Source: Octopus vulgaris (lineage: Eukaryota). Taken from it: 64,000 bases of DNA. The DNA lies in contig OX597837.1 of assembly GCA_951406725.2 (NCBI GenBank), positions 43,276,001-43,340,000 on the forward strand. Direction: 5' to 3'. Made by a program: the position numbers and the translations under genes. Shown in pieces: positions 1 through 15,421 of this stretch (position 1 is the stretch's first letter; every line of letters starts with the position of its first letter). The notes below the pieces were generated by a model. It was not told the origin of the DNA. It made no database searches and saw only the letters and a list, made by a program, of their open reading frames with translations.

Positions 1-172
1 AAACGATGAGACATACACATAAATATATGCTTAGGATTTAACATAAATGTCATACAAATATATATTTTCATAAATATTTCTGTACATACACACAGAAAAA
101 TCTTTCATATATGTAGACTATGTGCACAAACATATTTCCATATATGTTTACTTACATACATATATACATACA

Positions 173-240
<68 letters not shown>

Positions 241-288
241 TATATATATACATATATTTATATATATGTATGTATGCATGTGTGTATG

Positions 289-320
<32 letters not shown>

Positions 321-843
321 CATACATATATATAAATATATATATATACATATGTATGTATACAGCTGTTTCGTTAATTAAAAATAAATAGCTAGTAAAC
401 CACATCAAACGTGATTGTATGCGAGTGTATGTGTGTACTTACTTACATACACACACATATACTTATAAACACAATGCATATATATAGACACACTTATATG
501 AATGTGTGTATATGTATATATATATATATACATATATACAGATATATGTATGTATGTATATATATATATATATATATATAGATGATTGTATTTATATAAG
601 TACTCACATACACGTATACATATCTCTCTCTCTACACACACACAGGCAAATATAGAATATAGAGATAGCACGAACAACTTTTCTTTAGTCACTTCTAAAA
701 ATTCTCTAAACGGAAAATCAAAGATACGGCAAGTCGTATCTATCACTTGCCGTAATCTAAGCCATACACTTCTTGTAAATTTACAGATTTATTCTTGGTA
801 TTCGTCTAGGATTAACACTGCGCAGTTAACATTCTATTTGTTT

Positions 844-948
<105 letters not shown>

Positions 949-951
949 GTA

Positions 952-992
<41 letters not shown>

Positions 993-1015
993 GTATGTAA
1001 GTATATATATTTATA

Positions 1016-1389
1016 CTAGCAGTATCGCCCGGCGTTGCTCGGGTTTGTTTCGACACTTCAGAATCGCAATTTTTGAAAAGTAAAAATTTTGCATTATGTA
1101 GCTTGTTATTTTCTTTAAGTGAACATTTTTCTGGTTGAAATACACCGAAAAATAAGGACACAGCAGTCAAAAAATCGTACAAAATAGGGATTATCATAGA
1201 AAAAAGCACCTTTTTGATGTAAATAATTTTGGGTCTTAACATGGTCCGATTTGAATTTTATCTGCTACGGAATGAAGAGCAAGTCTTCTTCTATCATACT
1301 CTCAATTTTGGTCAACTTGCGCCGCAGGGTCTTGGAGGAGATAGTGTTAGTTGAAGGCTACCAAACCTGCCACACACAGACAACTTCCG

Positions 1390-1400
<11 letters not shown>
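1016..1400 (-). mobile_element. Non-autonomous Helitron-like element
   Basis: The minus-strand 3' end reads ...cccgagcaacgccgggcgatactgCTAG|T, a GC hairpin followed by CTAG. The 5' end merges into (TA)n after tatataaagcggaagttgtctgtgtgtg. The terminal ~32 bp are identical to the copy at 36869. Confidence 0.7.
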
Positions 1401-1426
<26 letters not shown>

Positions 1427-1427
<1 letters not shown>

Positions 1428-1655
1428 TTTATTTTAAGCAGCAGAAAATTCAACAAAATCTGTTACTCTGAGTTTTTCGTTGCCGTTCATCAGACAGTTT
1501 TTGCTAAAAAACTGTCTGATGAACGGCAACGAGAAACTCAGAGTAACAGATTTTGTTGAATTTTCTGCTGCTTAAAATAAAGCATATTACTCTACCACTG
1601 GTATTTGAGTACTCTTTTTTCCACCTTGTTTCACATTTATGTGTTTACTCCGGTC
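1427..1655 (+). mobile_element. Penelope-like terminal-repeat mini-element, family A, with 5' fold-back
   Basis: 76-bp inverted arms (1427-1502 and 1507-1582, one mismatch), a hammerhead motif, AATAAA, and a 3' end in (TA)n. Homologous copies lie at 6885-7020 and 56810-56984. Confidence 0.65.
1512..1549 (+). ncRNA. Minimal type-I hammerhead ribozyme motif (C3-G8 core)
   Basis: ctgt-CTGATGA-acg-gcaa-cga-GAAA-ctcagag-TA-acag. Stem I is ctgt/acag, stem II is short with a GNRA loop and a mismatched first pair, stem III is the near-palindrome ACTC-A-GAGT, and the site is GUA. Confidence 0.65.
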
Positions 1656-2027
1656 TATATATATATATATGTAGAATACGTCACCTGGAAGTGATCTGGA
1701 TGAAAAACAGTTTGTTCTCGTGTAGTTTATGTAGAACTTCGCCGAGTTGAAATTGGAAGTGAATCAATGCTTTCGCAGTTTGTATTATTTTAAATATAAA
1801 AATTCACTAAAGCGATTATTAAGAAAGAGAAAAATTTGGATGGGTTTGCAAAGGCAAACAGATGTTTGGGTGTTGTTGAAAAGATCTCAATGTGACACAT
1901 TTCGATTCCGGTGCGTGTATATTGGGCGTGTGTATTCGTGTGTAACCTTGGGCAAGTGTTTTTACTATAACAATGGGCCGAGCTAACCATTGAGGCAAAC
2001 CAAAACAAACCCGTTGAGCGTGTGTAA

Positions 2028-2076
<49 letters not shown>

Positions 2077-2610
2077 TATTTCGTCTGCCGTTACGTTCTG
2101 AGTTCAAATTCCGCCGAGGTCGACTTTGCCTTTTATCCTTTCGGAGTCAATAAATTAAGTACCAGTTACGCACTGGGTTCGATGTAATCAACTTAATCCG
2201 TTTGTCTGTCCTTGTTTGTTCTCTCTATGTTTAGCCCCTTGTGGGTTCTGAGTTCAAATTCCGCCGATGTCAACTTTGCCTTCCATCCTTTCGGGGTCGA
2301 TAAATTAAGTACCAGTTACGCACTGGGTTCGATGTAATCAACTTAATCCGTTTGTCTGTCCTTGTTTGTTCTCTCTATGTTTAGCCCCTTGTGGGCAATA
2401 AAGAAATAAGAAACGTTAGCACCCTGGGCGAAATGCTTAGTGATATTTCATCTGTCTTCACGTTCAGAGTTCGAATTCCGCAGAGATCGATTTTGCCTTT
2501 CATCCCTTCGGGGTCGGTAAATTAAGTACCAGTTGCCTACTGGAGTCGATCTAATCGACTGGCCCCGTCCCCCAAAAATTTCGGGCCTTATGCTAAAAGT
2601 AGAAAAGAAT
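2077..2610 (+). mobile_element. Tandem cluster of tRNA-derived SINE type 1
   Basis: Three units containing B-box-like GAGTTCAAATTCC and the central gtcgactttgcctttcatcctttcggggtcgataaattaagtaccag domain. Two different 3' tails are present. Confidence 0.85.
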
Positions 2611-2656
2611 ATATTTACATACATACATTTCCCGATTTCCCTCCGAATTATCCTTT

Positions 2657-2694
<38 letters not shown>

Positions 2695-2695
<1 letters not shown>

Positions 2696-2890
2696 CGGGA
2701 AGGTTCACGAAAATAAACAAAAGACGAAGGCAGGTGGAGTACAAAGAAATAATGTATTAGTATAGCGCTCAGGAATAGAAATAAAACAAGTCTTTTACGT
2801 TTCGAGCCTACGCTCTTCGACAGAAAGATACACAGAAAAGAAACAAGGAGAAAAAAAAATGCGTGTAGGGGATAACGATCCAACATGGCG
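2695..2890 (-). mobile_element. Penelope-like terminal-repeat mini-element, family B
   Basis: About 200 bp with its 3' end at (TA)n. Copies at 24188-24390 (+), 34673-34875 (-) and 37914-38107 (-). Carries a hammerhead-like motif. Confidence 0.65.
2791..2828 (-). ncRNA. Hammerhead-like motif with non-canonical position 6
   Basis: Minus strand: TCTTT-CTGTCGA-A-GAGC-GTAG-GCTC-GAAA-CG-TA-AAAGA. 5-bp stem I, 4-bp stem II, ACGT palindromic stem III. Confidence 0.55.
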
Positions 2891-3183
2891 TTCTGATTTC
2901 AGAAGGCAGAGATCGGAGGTCAAACGTTAGAGGTCAGACGTTAGACGCTAGAGGGATAGTAGGGGAGATAACAGGGTCAAATGACCTCGCTCCAACCTGA
3001 AGGTGCGTGTGGGCATAAGAGAGTATGTATGTGCATGTGGAAGAGGGCTGGTGGTTTGGACGTGTGTATGTATGTATGATGTGATGTGTAATGTCGTATG
3101 GTGTAGTGTGGTGTGGGGGAGAGAAGAGAGAGAAGGGGAGGAGGGGGAGGGTAGAGAGGAGATGAGGGAAAGAGTGGGGAGGA

Positions 3184-3222
<39 letters not shown>

Positions 3223-3736
3223 CATATATATATGGATACATATATGTGCGTGTATACACACATACGCACACACATATATATATATATATATATACACGTA
3301 CATATATACACATAAACTTTCTCTTTTATGCTTATTCACATATTTACTGTTAGTCTTCTGTATTATTTTAAAGAAAGAATAAAATATATGGTTAGGAAAC
3401 CGCAAAGCCAAAAGCTAAAAAAAAAAAAAAAAATGGAAACATTTTTAAAGCTAAGGTTTCTGTCTCGGAGATGATTTAAACTTAAAACAATAACGACAAA
3501 ACCACAAAAACAACAGCAAGAAGAAGAAGAACAACAACAGCAATAGAAAAATATATGAAAGACAATAAACTATAAATATTTTCTTTACCTATTTCCTTTC
3601 ACTCAAAAATCAATATTCTGAGTCATATTGGTTTGTCAAAGGGGAAAAAAAGGAATTCGAAAATGCACAAAAGTTACGATATAAAGACAACGCTTATAAT
3701 ACCATTAAAAAACATAATGTAATTTGATAAGCGTGC

Positions 3737-4062
<326 letters not shown>

Positions 4063-4263
4063 TGTCTCTCCTATATGTATATAATCTCTATATATATATA
4101 TATATGTAGATAGATATAGAATACGTATTATATGTTTTATAATGACCGTACACATACACTTAATACACACATATATAAATATATCCTTATTAACGTTATG
4201 ATATCTCATACTCTCCAGCTGTTCCCCTCCCACTAATATACATATATATATATATATGTATAT

Positions 4264-4299
<36 letters not shown>

Positions 4300-4305
4300 T
4301 GTGTT

Positions 4306-4368
<63 letters not shown>

Positions 4369-4878
4369 ATGTATGTATGTATTTATGTATGTATGTATGT
4401 ATGTATGTATGTATGTATGTATGTATGTATGTGTGTATGTATATAAAAGTACTTATGTATAAGCAGTCATCCACCACACATCCACGCAGATACGCATGCG
4501 CGCACATATGAATGCATAAAGCTTCATGCGGCTGTTCGTATGTGTTTTTGTACGTATGAGCCGAATGGGAATTTCTCTATATTGATCTATGGGAGGTCTA
4601 ACGTCTTACTTCGAACTTAGGTAATCGAACCCGACTAGACACAATATTTATCTACCTATCATTTATCAATCTAAAATATAAAGTAACACTGGTAAGGAAA
4701 ATCACACACAAGAGAGAAGGAATATTCTAGAGTTTCCTTTCCTCATTGTTCTCGTCTTGTGGACTATTTTATAGTCTGTTCTCGTCTCGTTATAGCCATT
4801 GCAAGGTTTCTGTGTTACTGAGATCCTGAAATATAACGTATTATATACATATATATACATACATACATACATAAATAC

Positions 4879-4911
<33 letters not shown>

Positions 4912-4977
4912 CATACATATGCATACACACACACACATATATATATATACATCCATACATATATATATATATATAGA

Positions 4978-5049
<72 letters not shown>

Positions 5050-5347
5050 CACATACATACAGACATATTTATATATATATATATATATATATATTATATT
5101 ATATATTTATATATATGCATGCATATACATAACGCACGCACTCCTTAATTTTTTATACATACACATATATATATACATATATATGCATATATACATATAT
5201 ATATATATGTACATACATATATGTATATATATACATACACATATATACATATATGCAAACATATGTATAGACACATACATACATTCAAGCATATGTATAT
5301 ATATATCTGTATGTGCGTATGTATATATATATATATATATGTACATT

Positions 5348-5378
<31 letters not shown>

Positions 5379-5960
5379 GTATACTTTTGTCTCTATTGGT
5401 AATTGATCTTTAGTTCCTCGATTCGATTAGTCCTAGCAATACATCTTGTGGCTCTGAGGCCAATAATATCCTATAAATAATATATATATCCATCAATATT
5501 CTCTGCTACTTTATTTTCTTGCCGATAAGGCCTCCCATATCAATGGCAAGACGGTTTGTTATTAGCTACAATATTTCACCATCCCTTCACCTTACATCTG
5601 CTTCCTTCCTATCCATTGAACATAGAATAGTTTTACTTACTGTCTTCCATAGTTATTGGTGTTGCTGTACAAGGCAACACACGTTCTAATCGAGGTTCAA
5701 CTCGAGACGTCCTTACTTTTTTTTTCTAATTGTTCTAACACCCATTTTGAGCTTTTAAACTTGTATTTATTCTCATAAATATAAAACTTGTTACCTACTT
5801 ATAAACTTTCTCTCGGACCTGCTGGTCTTGGGTCAAAGTCAGAAACAAATACAGGTACAACACCAGTAATCCGGACACTTGTGGTCCAGAAGCGTCTTAT
5901 AATCCTTACTAATTTACAAGATGGAAATTGGAATACCTGTGCCCGCTTCTGGAGTATAAC

Positions 5961-5995
<35 letters not shown>

Positions 5996-6004
5996 TAGAT
6001 AGAT

Positions 6005-6235
6005 AGATTCAGATGAATATGGTACTTAAGTTAAAGACACCAGAACTTGGTATGGTATTATCCATGTAAATCAAATGGGGTGATTATAATCAAAACAAGC
6101 AACAAGGATATTCAAGGTAGAGTAGTACAATTGTTTCATGCCACTTCATTTTATTAAACACTGTAAGTATTACATCAGTTTTAAAATGTCGAGCAATCTT
6201 CAGCCACATATAGAATTTTTTAATTAAAAGGACAA
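6005..6235 (-). mobile_element. Penelope-like terminal-repeat mini-element, family C
   Basis: The 3' end abuts (TA)n/(TAGA)n and the element contains a hammerhead. A homologous 3' segment lies at 24431-24525. Confidence 0.55.
6122..6207 (-). ncRNA. Type-I hammerhead ribozyme motif, canonical core, large loop II
   Basis: Minus strand: gtgg-CTGAAGA-tTGC-(51 nt)-GCAt-GAAA-CAATTG-TA-ctac. Stem III is the palindrome ACAATTGT and the site is GUA. Confidence 0.6.
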
Positions 6236-6285
6236 TGCACATTTTTATACTTATATATATATATATACACACAATTATATACATC

Positions 6286-6344
<59 letters not shown>

Positions 6345-6842
6345 CATATATTTAGACACACGCACACACACACACACACACATACACACTCGTATATATA
6401 TTAATGAATTTGTCTCGTTGTCACTAATGTACATGCAACTGAATTTCAATGAATTATTTAAGTTAATTCAATATTTGTTTAATCTAAGGTGACTTTTCCG
6501 GCAGAATCGTTAACACATTGGTCAATAATGCTCATCGACATTTCGTCTGTCTTCGTATTCTGATTTCAAATTCCACCGAGGTCGATTTTGGCTTTCATCC
6601 CTTTCAAGGACGATGAAATAAGGACCAGCTGATCACTGGGGTCGATGTAATGTATTTCCCACCTCCACCAAATTTTTGGCCTGCTTATTCCTATTTACTA
6701 CAAATATAGCTCCACATATAACATTTGCTTGTAACTCACATATGTAAAAGAAGGAAAATAACGAAAAAACAGACTTCGGTCAGTTGTGGACGAGTTTCTG
6801 GGTTAGAATTATAAAGAACTCATTCCTGCCATCAGCATATAC

Positions 6843-6879
<37 letters not shown>

Positions 6880-6884
6880 CAATC

Positions 6885-7020
6885 GAGTAACCACATAAAT
6901 GCAAACGAAGGTGGAAAGAATAGTACTCGAATACCGAAGGTAGAGTAATATGCTTTTTTTGTTAAAGCTGCAAAAAATCACAAAACTCACAGTTTCACGT
7001 TCCCGTTTCTCGGAAAGTTG
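6885..7020 (-). mobile_element. Diverged family A copy
   Basis: The reverse complement aligns with 1512-1650 (acgggaacgtgaaact... and ...gcatattactctacc...). Confidence 0.6.
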
Positions 7021-7035
7021 TGATCAAGACTCTTG

Positions 7036-7122
<87 letters not shown>

Positions 7123-8134
7123 TGTAATATAAATGTTTATATTACGTTTGTTTTCCCTCTCTTCATCACTCTCATCTGATTAACTCGTGTGTGTGTGTAT
7201 GTGTGTGTTTGTGTGTTTGTGTGTGTGTGCATGAGCTACATGGTTATGAAGTGAGCTTTTTTTACCACATGGCAATATAATTAAAACTTTTCTCTTCCAT
7301 ATATTTGGTAAATTTTACTCCATCTACCAAACATTTGAAGAATATCATTGACAGTGTTTCGATAAAATATTAAATATAACAACATGATGGATATTTTTAG
7401 TTTATTCTCGTCTTCAGAGGAGGCAGGTCAGACTGGAGCAATACTGAAGTAACACAAAACAAAAAAATTTTTCTGAGTGTATAATACTGAAGCTATTTAT
7501 TTGTTTATTTATCTATTTATTTATTTTTCAGTCTGAATTTTTATCGAAAGCGCTCGCTATCTTTGGAAGACTAATTATTTCTTTGTCAGAAAATTTTTCA
7601 GAGATTAGAGAGAGAAAAGAAAAGACAAAAAAAAAAAATGAGAGAAAAAAAAACGAAAGCGAAAATGTTGGAGAAGAAAAGAAGAGAAATAAGAGAAAAA
7701 AAAAGGGAAAAAAACATTCACACCACTCCTGGAAGACACTTAATAAAAGAGATTTTTTTCTACGCTTCAGCTTTAGATTAAAAGAAGCTGGCATCACAGA
7801 TATTAAATCTAGCCTTAGGCATTTGTGGAAAGCATAGTTGAAGTGAAGAATAAATAATAAATATTAGAATAATATTTAGGAAAAAACCACGTAGATAATC
7901 AATAATTCATAATAAATAAAACTCGTGTGTTTAGTGCGAGGATTGTTTGTTTTCTGTTATATTATTTCGTAACTAAAAGAAATAAACGAGCACCGGAATG
8001 AAAATAGTTTCCGAAAATATTCGAAGAAGACTTTCGAACACAAGAATTTGGTGTAATGGAAATGGGTTCAATGATCCGCCAGCTCGCCGCCTAAATAATA
8101 ATACTGATGATATTAATAAGAAATAATAATGGGG

Positions 8135-8268
<134 letters not shown>

Positions 8269-8269
8269 T

Positions 8270-9120
8270 GTCGCCCCTAGTACTCAACAGGTACTTTATT
8301 TTATCGACTCTGAGGGATGAAAGGAGGAATTTGGTTACAAATTATGGCAGAAGGACAATAATATTTAAGCGCAAGGAAAGAATAAGCCTCGATTACGTCG
8401 CCCCTAGTACTCAATTGGTATTTTATTTTATCGACTCTGAAAGGATGAAAGGCGGAATTTGGTTTCAAATTATGGCACAAAGACAATAATTTTGGATCTT
8501 TTCGGTTTGAACGGCAGTTCTTGACATAATTTCTAGGTAACTAAAAAATTTTAAACTTCGTATATTGGTAGAATATGTTTATAAAACATATTTTTTTCTT
8601 GGCTTTATTGAGAGACTTCTATAGTTTGTAAGATATTTGTGGTTTTTTCTTCAATTTCTGCAATTTCAACGAATCACTGACGTCCATTGAGGTAAAAAAC
8701 ATTCTGTGCCGTATGAATATGTCCATCGTTTAAGAAAAAAATTGGGTTTATTTACATTTGTGAAGAAAAAATATACCCTTTCCCCCACCCCTAACCTTAA
8801 CTAACCCTAGTCCTAAAACAGATTGAAATGCAATAGATCGATACTAGAGTCATAATTATGGGTGACAATTTCATATGACACCGCTAGAAAAAACTGCCCT
8901 TCAAACCGAAAAGTTCCATAATTTTTTAGCGCAAGGAAAGAGTAAGCCTATTTTACGTCGCCCCTAGTACTCAACTGGTACTTTATTTTATCGACTCTGA
9001 AAGGATGAAAGACGGAATTTGGTTTCAAATTATGGCACAAGGACAATAATCTTTTAGCGCAAGGAAAGGGTAAGCCTCGATTAGTTCGCCCCGAGGATGA
9101 AAGGCGGAATTTGAATTCAG
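8270..9120 (-). repeat. ~128-bp tandem units derived from SINE type 1
   Basis: The unit cgcccctagtactcaa...gcgcaaggaaag...agcc recurs at about 8272, 8399 and 8959, with a partial unit at 9088. The second unit is interrupted by a MITE. Confidence 0.75.
8494..8917. mobile_element. MITE with 26-bp TIRs and 8-bp TSD (Merlin-like GG...CC termini)
   Basis: TIRs ggatcttttcggtttgaacggcagtt (8494-8519) and aactgcccttcaaaccgaaaagttcc (8892-8917). TSD ataatttt at 8486-8493 and 8918-8925. Internal degenerate CCCTAA repeats near 8788-8816. Confidence 0.85.
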
Positions 9121-9224
9121 AACATAACAAGCCGGAAGAATTGCAGCTGACTATTTTGTCCGACTCACTAACGGTTCACTCAACTCGATCACTTAATAAT
9201 AATGATAATCTGGGTTTTTTTTTG

Positions 9225-10110
<886 letters not shown>

Positions 10111-10848
10111 TAAACTTAACCCTAAACATTCTACCATGCGCCTCTAGTACATATCAAGTGTACATTTTACTAAATTGCTTAAGGAAGTGAAGAGTCTCAG
10201 TACCTCCATGCAGCGCTATTTAAAACATGCTAAAACGGGCGTTTCGACCGGGATACTTTTTCTCTCGGCAGCCCCCATGACAATCTTTAGAGAAAAAAAG
10301 GCAGATTAATCGTTAGTAAATCGATCGGATCAGCTGATATTCGAAATTCTAACTGATGATTGACAAGAATCACAGAAAATCGATTTCCTTCAGTGAATCA
10401 ACATTTGCTCTTTATTTCTTCTCCCCGAAGTTCAATTTGTGATTCCTCTCCTCGTTCAATAGCTTAGAAATCTATAGATGCAGATCATTTTGTGATCTCA
10501 TTCCTCGTTCAATAGTCAAAAACATCATTATGCGCATAGTATATTTATGTACTCATAGATTTTGTAAAATCCATTTCTCCTTTTGCAAACGGTCGTTTTT
10601 CTGTATAGAAGATGGAGAATCTAGCAAGAAATCAATAGATCTCATTGATTTTGAAAAGCCCCGTTTGAAATCTAAATACTTGAGGGCTTCTGTGTAGTTT
10701 ATTTTATGTCGAAATCGTAAACCTCAATGCCATCATTTCACAGAATTTTCAACCTCGCTGAAACTAATTCTGACATATTTATGGCTCTGTTACACACATA
10801 TTATGATTATTAAATATCAATGAGACACGGGCACGCACGCACGCATAC

Positions 10849-10906
<58 letters not shown>

Positions 10907-10976
10907 TCACACATCTAAATATATGAATATAGATTTACGAAAAGCAGCGAATGAATAAAGCCTACTCTTCAAATAA

Positions 10977-11015
<39 letters not shown>

Positions 11016-11341
11016 CATTCATGCATATATGTATATAGCTATCTATATCTATATAACTATATATATATTATTCACATTATTTATGTATATGTAAATGCAT
11101 ATACATATGTATATTTATATATGTATGTATATATATATATATATATATATTAATACATGTATATATGTTTATGTACATATGTGTATGCATATGTATATAT
11201 ATATTATATATGCATATACATACATGTATGCTTATATATATATATGTATATATGTATATATATATATACACATATGTAAGTATGTACACACACAAATATA
11301 TATATATATATAGATAGATAGCATGTATATATATGTATATA

Positions 11342-11379
<38 letters not shown>

Positions 11380-11384
11380 TATAC

Positions 11385-11466
<82 letters not shown>

Positions 11467-11740
11467 ATAATTATTTTTATAATTGTATATCCCGAAGCGC
11501 ACAAATCTGTACGTAATGTACATATCAATGTTATGCATACCTATACACATCCATACATACATGCATACACACACGCGCACACACGTACACACATATTACA
11601 TGTATACCTATATATATGTGTCTGTGTGTGTGTGTATCTCCGTCTATATCCATATCTGTATCTACCTGCTGCCTGTCTGTCTGTATGTTTTATTTATGGT
11701 TGTCTCTCTCTCTCTCTCTCTTTTTCTGTATATATATATG

Positions 11741-11794
<54 letters not shown>

Positions 11795-11949
11795 CATACA
11801 CATACACACACACACACATATATGCATACATATACATATATATACATACATACATATATATATGTATGTATGTATACATACATGTATATATATATGTATG
11901 TATACATACATGTATATATATATGTGTGTATATACATACATACATATTA

Positions 11950-11984
<35 letters not shown>

Positions 11985-12359
11985 GAGAATCTAAGAAAGA
12001 TAAATATTACTCGAAGACCCCCCCAGATCCATAGGATTGGTAAAATATTCTAAATTCTCCTTTGACTTGAACGAAGATATCTGCACAAGTACAGGAGTGC
12101 ATAAACACTCACGCACACACATAAACACCCATGTCTTGCTCAAGGGGAGGCCTGTTCATGTTCTGTATACATGATGCTAACTACCCAATCAAATTAACCA
12201 CTGAAAGATAATCTACCCACTAAAGATAGTCGAACCCCTCCTCCACCGTCGCATTATGATCATTGTCATCATCATCTATATACTGTAATACCCACAGATA
12301 TATGTATGTGTCTCTCTCCTCTATCTCTCTTTCTCTCCCCCTTCTCTCTCTCTCTCTCT

Positions 12360-12405
<46 letters not shown>

Positions 12406-12942
12406 CCCATCTTTCTTTCTTCTCCTAACTTGTGTTTCTCTCCGTTGTAGCTTGAACAAGGAAGACGTGTTCTTGTCTGTCTCCTGTCCAAGCTTGATTT
12501 ACGCCTTTGCCACTACGTTTAGGCTTCCTTTTTTTTTTCAATGTCCTGTTTGTGTTTCCAATTTTGACACTCCGCAAAATCCCAAATTTTATTTAATTTG
12601 CATTGCGGGACGAACTGTTGTATCGAAAGCGTATATTGTTGTTAAGTACTCGAAATACGAGAGTAGAAAAACAGCCAACAACTAATGAAGGGTCGTTCTT
12701 TATCTTTCGTTTGTCTTGATTTCCTGTAGTGTCTTTCTTTTATCGAAACATAGTTCATATTCCATGTACTCGTACTTCGTATCTTTGTTGTACACGTTTC
12801 GCGACGTCCTGTGCCCACATATGCATATATATATTTATATATATCGCTCTTTCTCTTTCTCTTTATCTATCTATCCATCTATCATATATCTATCTCTGTC
12901 TCTGTCTCTCTGTCTCTCTCTATCTCTCTTTCTCTCTCCCCC

Positions 12943-13033
<91 letters not shown>

Positions 13034-13064
13034 CTCTATCTCTCTATATATCTCCCCTCCCCAT

Positions 13065-13188
<124 letters not shown>

Positions 13189-13199
13189 CTATATCTCCC

Positions 13200-13243
<44 letters not shown>

Positions 13244-13458
13244 CTATCTATCTATCTATCTGTATGAATGTGTTTATGTTTCTGTGTGTGTCTGCGTATG
13301 TAGGGGAATGTGTATGTGTGTGTTGTGTTCATGTTTCTTTTGCCCGTTTTCTCTTTGTAAGTTTGAAATTACTTTATAACTTTATTGTGACCTAATCCAG
13401 TTTTCGTATGCAGCAAAGTACCTTTGAAACTATACATGTATATATACATATGTGTATA

Positions 13459-13541
<83 letters not shown>

Positions 13542-14065
13542 ATGTATATATGCATGTATGTGTATACACACGTGTGCGTGTACGAGATTGTATGTGTATA
13601 TGAAAATGCACATGTATAAGAAGATTATATGATATATGCGTTTGTGGGGTGTTTGTGTTTGTATCTTTGTGTGTGCATTTGTATGCGTACTATATATACC
13701 GAATACATATGTATATGCATATATGTGTATGTCTGCATGTGTATGTATAGTGTGTGTATATATATGTATGTATGGATTGATGTAATATATATATATATAT
13801 ATACGTGTGTGTTCCTTACAATATATATATGTGTAAATTTACATGTGTATATCAACATTTCTTATGATATATATCTAATATATGTATACGTACATATGCA
13901 TATACATATGCATATATAGACGATACATGTATATATATATATGCATATATATATATATATACATATATATGCTTATATATACATGTATCGTCTATCTGGA
14001 TGTTTTGCGTTCTTGTCCCATTTTGTATTTATATATATATATATATATGTATATATGCTTATATA

Positions 14066-14174
<109 letters not shown>

Positions 14175-14659
14175 ATGTATTTGTATCTACATACCTACAC
14201 ATACACATACTTATATACAAGCACCTTAGTCATATACGCACGAGTGTGTGTGTATGTGTTAGTGTGTATATTTGTGGGGTATGTATAATGCGTATACAAA
14301 CACAGAAGGAGCTGTGCTTCTGATGACGCCGGTTGTGCGATTGAGGGCGGTAGCGGCGCTGGTAAATGTAGTTGTAGGCTATGGACTGTGTTTATAATCT
14401 AATGTTACGAAACAGGATTTTATTTTCATTCAATTACGTCTCCGAAGAAAGATAGGATAAGTTGGCGAAGAATAAAGAAAAATGGCCGTTGATTCAATTA
14501 TCGTTGGATAGCTGTTGAGCTGAACAGGCGAACGATAGATTGCAATGTGGAATTATCGATGAGGGACGTATCGATGAAAATTACCGATTAGAGAATTATC
14601 GATGTGAGCTATCGATGAAGTGTTATCGAATGATGGGTGTGGTGTGGTATGGTGTGTAC

Positions 14660-14706
<47 letters not shown>

Positions 14707-15347
14707 TGTGTTGTGTGTTGTGGGAAGTGTATGTGCTGTTGATAGGATTACGGTGCTTCTTGGAATAATAACAAAAGGCAGAGAAAGAAAAGAGGTTGGC
14801 AATTGGAATAAGCGATTTTAGTAAGTTTTACGGCAAGGAAAAAGACACGTGGATGAAGGAAAAAAAACCCTAATAGAGATTAGAAAATGTAACAAGAAAA
14901 GGAAGGTCGAAAATAGGAAATGTAAAAGAAAACATAAAAATAGGAAAAAAGGTACAAAAAATCAAGAAAACTTCCTCTTCTGCCGTCGCCGCCTCCTCCA
15001 CCATTACCAACATTACAACCACCACAAACACAACAACAACTGCAACAACAACAATAGCAGCAGTAGCAGCAGAAGTTGTGAGAATAACAAGAGGGAAAAA
15101 TGACGAAGAAACACAAAATAAACAAAACGATACTAAAACGTATATAAACTTGGAAAATGGAAAACTTTTCGAAGACGAAGGAATATAACAACAAAAACAA
15201 CAACAGTAACACTAACAACTACAACGACATCGAGGACTGGGTTCTTGAAGAAGAAAATAAATGTTAAGCCAAAATAATCGGAATGAGTTTCACACCCACG
15301 AAGCAATAAAACGGAGAACAAAATAGATCCTGTAAAGATCAATAATG

Positions 15348-15411
<64 letters not shown>

Positions 15412-15421
15412 TGATAATAAT

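Noticed and set aside
8104-8128. CTGATGA...GAAA at 8104 and 9746
   Set aside because: It arises from degenerate (AAT)n and has no credible stems I or III.
8788-8816. Telomere-like CCCTAA repeats
   Set aside because: They are degenerate and internal to a MITE, not a telomere.
10353-10388. CTGATGA...GAAA-ATCGAT-TT hammerhead-like string
   Set aside because: Stem III is palindromic, but there is no stem I pairing, stem II is marginal and there is no (TA)n-terminated element context.
14320-14370. CTGATGA followed by a CGCCG/CGGCG stem
   Set aside because: There is no GAAA or UH after the stem.
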